DNA from: Auanema rhodensis
Lineage: Eukaryota > Animalia > Nematoda
Reading direction: 5' to 3'
NCBI GenBank assembly: GCA_964057225.1
Contig: CAXKVF010000078.1
Location: 186,001-250,000, forward strand
DNA length: 64,000 bases
Of the stretch, positions 56,101-64,000 are shown in pieces (position 1 is the first letter of the stretch; the number at the start of each line of letters is the position of its first letter). The notes beneath the pieces were generated by a model, which was not told the origin of the DNA, made no database searches, and was given only the letters and a program-made list of their open reading frames with translations. The position numbers were made by a program, and so were the translations under genes.

Positions 56101-59100
56101 AATAAAAATTTGTTTTTAGACTAATATGGACAAGGGGAATCTAATTTTGAAAACCGCATCTCTTTATCTTTCACGTGAAGCGAGTTACATACCAAGTGCA
56201 CATCACGTGTACATTTAATTAGCATAAATTAAAGTTCACGTAAATTTCAAAGTCATGGTTACCATGAAGCAATATCGATAAAAATTTGTTTTTAGACTAA
56301 TATGGACATGGGGAATCTAATTTTGAAAACCGCATCTCTTTATCTTTCACGTGAAGCGAGTTACATACCAAGTGCACATCACGTGTACATTTAATTAGCA
56401 TAAATTAAAGTTCACGTAAATTTCAAAGTCATGGTTACCATGAACCAATATCAATAAAAATTTGTTTTTAGACTAATATGGACAAGGGGAATCTAATTTT
56501 GAAAACCGCATCTCTTTATCTTTCACGTGAAGCGAGTTACATACCAAGTGCACATCACGTGTACATTTAATTAGCATAAATTAAAGTTCACGTAAATTTC
56601 AAAGTCATGGTTACCATGAACCAATATCAATAAAAATTTGTTTTTAGACTAATATGGACATGGGGAATCTAATTTTGAAAACCGCATCTCTTTATCTTTC
56701 ACGTGAAGCGAGTTACATACCAAGTGCACATCACGTGTACATTTAATTAGCATAAATTAAAGTTCACGTAAATTTCAAAGTCATGGTTACCATGAAGCAA
56801 TATCAATAAAAATTTGTTTTTAGACTAATATGGACATGGGGAATCTAATTTTGAAAACCGCATCTCTTTATCTTTCACGTGAAGCGAGTTACATACCAAG
56901 TGCACATCACGTGTACATTTAATTAGCATAAATTAAAGTTCACGTAAATTTCAAAGTCATGGTTACCATGCACCAATATCAATAAAAATTTGTTTTTAGA
57001 CTAATATGGACATGGGGAATCTAATTTTGAAAACCGCATCTCTTTATCTTTCACGTGAAGCGAGTTACATACCAAGTGCACATCACGTGTACATTTAATT
57101 AGCATAAATTAAAGTTCACGTAAATTTCAAAGTCATGGTTACCATAAAGCAATATCAATAAAAATTTGTTTTTAGACTTATATGGACATGGGGAATCTAA
57201 TTTTGAAAACCGCATCTCTTTATCTTTCACGTGAAGCGAGTTACATACCAAGTGCACATCACGTGTACATTTAATTAGCATAAATTAAAGTTCACGTAAA
57301 TTTCAAAGTCATGGTTACCATGAACCAATATCAATAAAAATTTGTTTTTAGACTAATATGGACATGGGGAATCTAATTTTGAAAACCGCATCTCTTTATC
57401 TTTCACGTGAAGCGAGTTACATACCAAGTGCACATCACGTGTACATTTAATTAGCATAAATTAAAGTTCACGTAAATTTCAAAGTCATGGTTACCATGAA
57501 GCAATTTCAATAAAAATTTGTTTTTAGACTAATATGGACATGGGGAATCTAATTTTGAAAACCGCATCTCTTTATCTTTCACGTGAAGCGAGTTACATAC
57601 CAAGTGCACATCACGTGTACATTTAATTAGCATAAATTAAAGTTCACGTAAATTTCAAAGTCATGGTTACCATGAAGCAATTTCAATAAAAATTTGTTTT
57701 TAGACTAATATGGACATGGGGAATCTAATTTTGAAAACCGCATCTCTTTATCTTTCACGTGAAGCGAGTTACATACCAAGTGCACATCACGTGTACATTT
57801 AATTAGCATAAATTAAAGTTCACGTAAATTTCAAAGTCATGGTTACCATGAACCAATATCAATAAAAATTTGTTTTTAGACTAATATGGACAAGGGGAAT
57901 CTAATTTTGAAAACCGCATCTCTTTATCTTTCACGTGAAGCGAGTTACATACCAAGTGCACATCACGTGTACATTTAATTAGCATAAATTAAAGTTCACG
58001 TAAATTTCAAAGTCATGGTTACCATGAACCAATATCAATAAAAATTTGTTTTTAGACTAATATGGACATGGGGAATCTAATTTTGAAAACCGCATCTCTT
58101 TATCTTTCACGTGAAGCGAGTTACATACCAAGTGCACATCACGTGTACATTTAATTAGCATAAATTAAAGTTCACGTAAATTTCAAAGTCATGGTTACCA
58201 TGAAGCAATATCAATAAAAATTTGTTTTTAGACTAATATGGACATGGGGAATCTAATTTTGAAAACCGCATCTCTTTATCTTTCACGTGAAGCGAGTTAC
58301 ATACCAAGTGCACATCACGTGTACATTTAATTAGCATAAATTAAAGTTCACGTAAATTTCAAAGTCATGGTTACCATGAACCAATATCAATAAAAATTTG
58401 TTTTTAGACTAATATGGACATGGGGAATCTAATTTTGAAAACCGCATCTCTTTATCTTTCACGTGAAGCGAGTTACATACCAAGTGCACATCACGTGTAC
58501 ATTTAATTAGCATAAATTAAAGTTCACGTAAATTTCAAAGTCATGGTTACCATGAAGCAATTTCAATAAAAATTTGTTTTTAGACTAATATGGACATGGG
58601 GAATCTAATTTTGAAAACCGCATCTCTTTATCTTTCACGTGAAGCGAGTTACATACCAAGTGCACATCACGTGTACATTTAATTAGCATAAATTAAAGTT
58701 CACGTAAATTTCAAAGTCATGGTTACCATGAAGCAATTTCAATAAAAATTTGTTTTTAGACTAATATGGACATGGGGAATCTAATTTTGAAAACCGCATC
58801 TCTTTATCTTTCACGTGAAGCGAGTTACATACCAAGTGCACATCACGTGTACATTTAATTAGCATAAATTAAAGTTCACGTAAATTTCAAAGTCATGGTT
58901 ACCATGAACCAATATCAATAAAAATTTGTTTTTAGACTAATATGGACAAGGGGAATCTAATTTTTAAAACCGCATCTCTTTATCTTTCACGTGAAGCGAG
59001 TTACATACCAAGTGCACATCACGTGTACATTTAATTAGCATAAATTAAAGTTCACGTAAATTTCAAAGTCATGGTTACCATGAACCAATATCAATAAAAA

Positions 59101-61427
59101 TTTGTTTTTAGACTAATATGGACATGGGGAATCTAATTTTGAAAACCGCATCTCTTTATCTTTCACGTGAAGCGAGTTACATACCAAGTGCACATCACGT
59201 GTACATTTAATTAGCATAAATTAAAGTTCACGTAAATTTCAAAGTCATGGTTACCATGAACCAATATCAATAAAAATTTGTTTTTAGACTAATATGGACA
59301 TGGGGAATCTAATTTTGAAAACCGCATTTCTTTATCTTTCACGTGAAGCGAGTTACATACCAAGTGCACATCACGTGTACATTTAATAAGCATAAATTAA
59401 AGTTCACGTAAATTTCAAAGTCATGGTTACCATGCACCAATATCAATAAAAATTTGTTTTTAGACTAATATGGACATGGGGAATCTAATTTTGAAAACCG
59501 CATCTCTTTATCTTTCACGTGAAGCGAGTTACATACCAAGTGCACATCACGTGTACATTTAATTAGCATAAATTAAAGTTCACGTAAATTTCAAAGTCAT
59601 GGTTACCATGAACCAATATCAATAAAAATTTGTTTTTAGACTAATATGGACATGGGGAATCTAATTTTGAAAACCGCATCTCTTTATCTTTCACGTGAAG
59701 CGAGTTACATACCAAGTGCACATCACGTGTACATTTAATTAGCATAAATTAAAGTTCACGTAAATTTCAAAGTCATGGTTACCATGAAGCAATTTCAATA
59801 AAAATTTGTTTTTAGACTAATATGGACATGGGGAATCTAATTTTGAAAACCGCATCTCTTTATCTTTCACGTGAAGCGAGTTACATACCAAGTGCACATC
59901 ACGTGTACATTTAATTAGCATAAATTAAAGTTCACGTAAATTTCAAAGTCATGGTTACCATGAAGCAATATCAATAAAAATTTGTTTTTAGACTAATATG
60001 GACATGGGGAATCTAATTTTGAAAACCGCATCTTTTTATCTTTCACGTGAAGCGAGTTACATACCAAGTGCACATCACGTGTACATTTAATTAGCATAAA
60101 TTAAAGTTCACGTAAATTTCAAAGTCATGGTTACCATGAAGCAATATCAATAAAAATTTGTTTTTAGACTAATATGGACATGGGGAATCTAATTTTGAAA
60201 ACCGCATCTCTTTATCTTTCACGTGAAGCGAGTTACATACCAAGTGCACATCACGTGTACATTTAATTAGCATAAATTAAAGTTCACGTAAATTTCAAAG
60301 TCATGGTTACCATGAAGCAATATCAATAAAAATTTGTTTTTAGACTAATATGGACATGGGGAATCTAATTTTGAAAACCGCATCTCTTTATCTTTCACGT
60401 GAAGCGAGTTACATACCAAGTGCACATCACGTGTACATTTAATTAGCATAAATTAAAGTTCACGTAAATTTCAAAGTCATGGTTACCATGAAGCAATATC
60501 AATAAAAATTTGTTTTTAGACTAATATGGACATGGGGAATCTAATTTTGAAAACCGCATCTCTTTATCTTTCACGTGAAGCGAGTTACATACCAAGTGCA
60601 CATCACGTGTACATTTAATTAGCATAAATTAAAGTTCACGTAAATTTCAAAGTCATGGTTACCATGCACCAATATCAATAAAAATTTGTTTTTAGACTAA
60701 TATGGACATGGGGAATCTAATTTTGAAAACCGCATCTCTTTATCTTTCACGTGAAGCGAGTTACATACCAAGTGCACATCACGTGTACATTTAATTAGCA
60801 TAAATTAAAGTTCACGTAAATTTCAAAGTCATGGTTACCATGAACCAATATCAAAAAAAATTGGTTTTTAGACTAATATGGACATGGGGAATCTAATTTT
60901 GAAAACCGCATCTCTTTATCTTTCACGTGAAGCGAGTTACATACCAAGTGCACATCACGTGTACATTTAATTAGCATAAATTAAAGTTCACGTAAATTTC
61001 AAAGTCATGGTTACCATGAAGCAATATCAATAAAAATTTGTTTTTAGACTAATATGGACATGGGGAATCTAATTTTGAAAACCGCATCTCTTTATCTTTC
61101 ACGTGAAGCGAGTTACATACCAAGTGCACATCACGTGTACATTTAATTAGCATAAATTAAAGTTCACGTAAATTTCAAAGTCATGGTTACCATGAAGCAA
61201 TATCAATAAAAATTTGTTTTTAGACTAATATGGACATGGGGAATCTAATTTTGAAAACCGCATCTCTTTATCTTTCACGTGAAGCGAGTTACATACCAAG
61301 TGCACATCACGTGTACATTTAATTAGCATAAATTAAAGTTCACGTAAATTTCAAAGTCATGGTTACCATGAAGCAATATCAATAAAAATTTGTTTTTAGA
61401 CTAATATGGACATGGGGAATCTAATTT

Positions 61428-63891
61428 TGAAAACCGCATCTCTTTATCTTTCACGTGAAGCGAGTTACATACCAAGTGCACATCACGTGTACATTTAATT
61501 AGCATAAATTAAAGTTCACGTAAATTTCAAAGTCATGGTTACCATGCACCAATATCAATAAAAATTTGTTTTTAGACTAATATGGACATGGGGAATCTAA
61601 TTTTGAAAACCGCATCTCTTTATCTTTCACGTGAAGCGAGTTACATACCAAGTGCACATCACGTGTACATTTAATTAGCATAAATTAAAGTTCACGTAAA
61701 TTTCAAAGTCATGGTTACCATGAAGCAATATCAATAAAAATTTGTTTTTAGACTAATATGGACATGGGGAATCTAATTTTGAAAACCGCATCTCTTTATC
61801 TTTCACGTGAAGCGAGTTACATACCAAGTGCACATCACGTGTACATTTAATTAGCATAAATTAAAGTTCACGTAAATTTCAAAGTCATGGTTACCATGAA
61901 GCAATATCAATAAAAATTTGTTTTTAGACTAATATGGACATGGGGAATCTAATTTTGAAAACCGCATCTCTTTATCTTTCACGTGAAGCGAGTTACATAC
62001 CAAGTGCACATCACGTGTACATTTAATTAGCATAAATTAAAGTTCACGTAAATTTCAAAGTCATGGTTACCATGAACCAATATCAATAAAAATTGGTTTT
62101 TAGACTAATATGGACATGGGGAATCTAATTTTGAAAACCGCATCTCTTTATCTTTCACGTGAAGCGAGTTACATACCAAGTGCACATCACGTGTACATTT
62201 AATTAGCATAAATTAAAGTTCACGTAAATTTCAAAGTCATGGTTACCATGCACCAATATCAATAAAAATTTGTTTTTAGACTAATATGGACATGGGGAAT
62301 CTAATTTTGAAAACCGCATCTCTTTATCTTTCACGTGAAGCGAGTTACATACCAAGTGCACATCACGTGTACATTTAATTAGCATAAATTAAAGTTCACG
62401 TAAATTTCAAAGTCATGGTTACCATGAAGCAATATCAATAAAAATTTGTTTTTAGACTAATATGGACATGGGGAATCTAATTTTGAAAACCGCATCTCTT
62501 TATCTTTCACGTGAAGCGAGTTACATACCAAGTGCACATCACGTGTACATTTAATTAGCATAAATTAAAGTTCACGTAAATTTCAAAGTCATGGTTACCA
62601 TGAACCAATATCAATAAAAATTGGTTTTTAGACTAATATGGACATGGGGAATCTAATTTTGAAAACCGCATCTCTTTATCTTTCACGTGAAGCGAGTTAC
62701 ATACCAAGTGCACATCACGTGTACATTTAATTAGCATAAATTAAAGTTCACGTAAATTTCAAAGTCATGGTTACCATGCACCAATATCAATAAAAATTTG
62801 TTTTTAGACTAATATGGACATGGGGAATCTAATTTTGAAAACCGCATCTCTTTATCTTTCACGTGAAGCGAGTTACATACCAAGTGCACATCACGTGTAC
62901 ATTTAATTAGCATAAATTAAAGTTCACGTAAATTTCAAAGTCATGGTTACCATGAAGCAATATCAATAAAAATTTGTTTTTAGACTAATATGGACATGGG
63001 GAATCTAATTTTGAAAACCGCATCTCTTTATCTTTCACGTGAAGCGAGTTACATACCAAGTGCACATCACGTGTACATTTAATTAGCATAAATTAAAGTT
63101 CACGTAAATTTCAAAGTCATGGTTACCATGAAGCAATATCAATAAAAATTTGTTTTTAGACTAATATGGACATGGGGAATCTAATTTTGAAAACCGCATC
63201 TCTTTATCTTTCACGTGAAGCGAGTTACATACCAAGTGCACATCACGTGTACATTTAATTAGCATAAATTAAAGTTCACGTAAATTTCAAAGTCATGGTT
63301 ACCATGAACCAATATCAATAAAAATTGGTTTTTAGACTAATATGGACATGGGGAATCTAATTTTGAAAACCGCATCTCTTTATCTTTCACGTGAAGCGAG
63401 TTACATACCAAGTGCACATCACGTGTACATTTAATTAGCATAAATTAAAGTTCACGTAAATTTCAAAGTCATGGTTACCATGCACCAATATCAATAAAAA
63501 TTTGTTTTTAGACTAATATGGACATGGGGAATCTAATTTTGAAAACCGCATCTCTTTATCTTTCACGTGAAGCGAGTTACATACCAAGTGCACATCACGT
63601 GTACATTTAATTAGCATAAATTAAAGTTCACGTAAATTTCAAAGTCATGGTTACCATGAAGCAATATCAATAAAAATTTGTTTTTAGACTAATATGGACA
63701 TGGGGAATCTAATTTTGAAAACCGCATCTCTTTATCTTTCACGTGAAGCGAGTTACATACCAAGTGCACATCACGTGTACATTTAATTAGCATAAATTAA
63801 AGTTCACGTAAATTTCAAAGTCATGGTTACCATGAACCAATATCAATAAAAATTGGTTTTTAGACTAATATGGACATGGGGAATCTAATTT
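61428..63891 (+). repeat. Local 7-mer higher-order repeat (1232 bp x2), built from 4-mer and 3-mer subunits
   Basis: The pattern C120, G122, G122, G140, C120, G122, G140 starts at 61428 and at 62660. Confidence 0.8.
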
Positions 63892-64000
63892 TGAAAACCG
63901 CATCTCTTTATCTTTCACGTGAAGCGAGTTACATACCAAGTGCACATCACGTGTACATTTAATTAGCATAAATTAAAGTTCACGTAAATTTCAAAGTCAT

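Larger units (their letters stand above)
1..64000 (+). repeat. 176-bp tandem satellite DNA array, ~363.6 copies, candidate centromeric/pericentromeric satellite; runs off both window edges
   Basis: TGAAAACCGC recurs at 1, 177, 353, 529, 705, 881 and so on, with the last (partial) copy at 63892. Net drift from an exact 176-bp period is only +3 bp, explained by nine 1-bp indels. No non-repeat sequence was seen. The tandem array is certain; a centromeric role is only inferred from monomer size, AT-richness and homogeneity. Confidence 0.99.

Noticed and set aside
57099-57281. 60-aa minus-strand ORF from the ORF track
   Set aside because: The consensus repeat has the same minus-strand frame stopping after 34 codons (...PCPY-TAG). 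A single A>T at 57179 turns TAG into AAG in this one copy. There is no recognisable domain, so this is chance read-through of satellite sequence.
1-64000. CRISPR array or other repeat-spacer system
   Set aside because: There are no unique spacers: the entire 176 bp repeats, and no cas or other genes are present.
1-64000. Giant repetitive protein-coding gene
   Set aside because: 176 is not a multiple of 3, and the six-frame ORF track shows nothing beyond one 60-aa ORF.
1-64000. Order of monomer variants as an information-carrying code
   Set aside because: The order is adequately explained by nested tandem duplications, deletions and point mutations, with no need for a coding function.
1-64000. 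Embedded transposon, inversion or telomeric repeat
   Set aside because: The monomer phase is continuous from 1 to 64000 with only +3 bp net drift, leaving no room for an insertion or strand switch.

Overview
The whole 64-kb window is one uninterrupted head-to-tail tandem array of a 176-bp AT-rich satellite monomer (~32% GC): 363 complete copies plus a 109-bp partial copy. Copies are nearly identical, usually 0-3 substitutions from consensus, and all lie in the same orientation. I see no genes, RNA genes, transposons, unique spacers or inversions. Monomer length and homogeneity fit a eukaryotic (peri)centromeric satellite, but I cannot assign the organism or family. The informative signal is in the variants, which I read by eye, so counts may be slightly off. 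They reveal two multi-kb tandem duplications (~3.5-22.5 kb and ~26.6-40.8 kb) with nested 2-10-mer duplications, local 6- and 7-mer higher-order repeats, chimeric monomers marking crossovers, zoned turnover of variants along the array, and one indel-rich patch at 54.4-55.4 kb. The monomer itself is rich in dyad symmetries and carries three TCACGT E-box/CDEI-like motifs spaced 32-33 bp apart. The single predicted ORF results from one stop-loss substitution in one monomer. I found no protein-coding novel system. Notation: M# is the monomer number counted from position 1; variants are written as base plus position within the monomer, with position 1 = the T of TGAAAACCGC.
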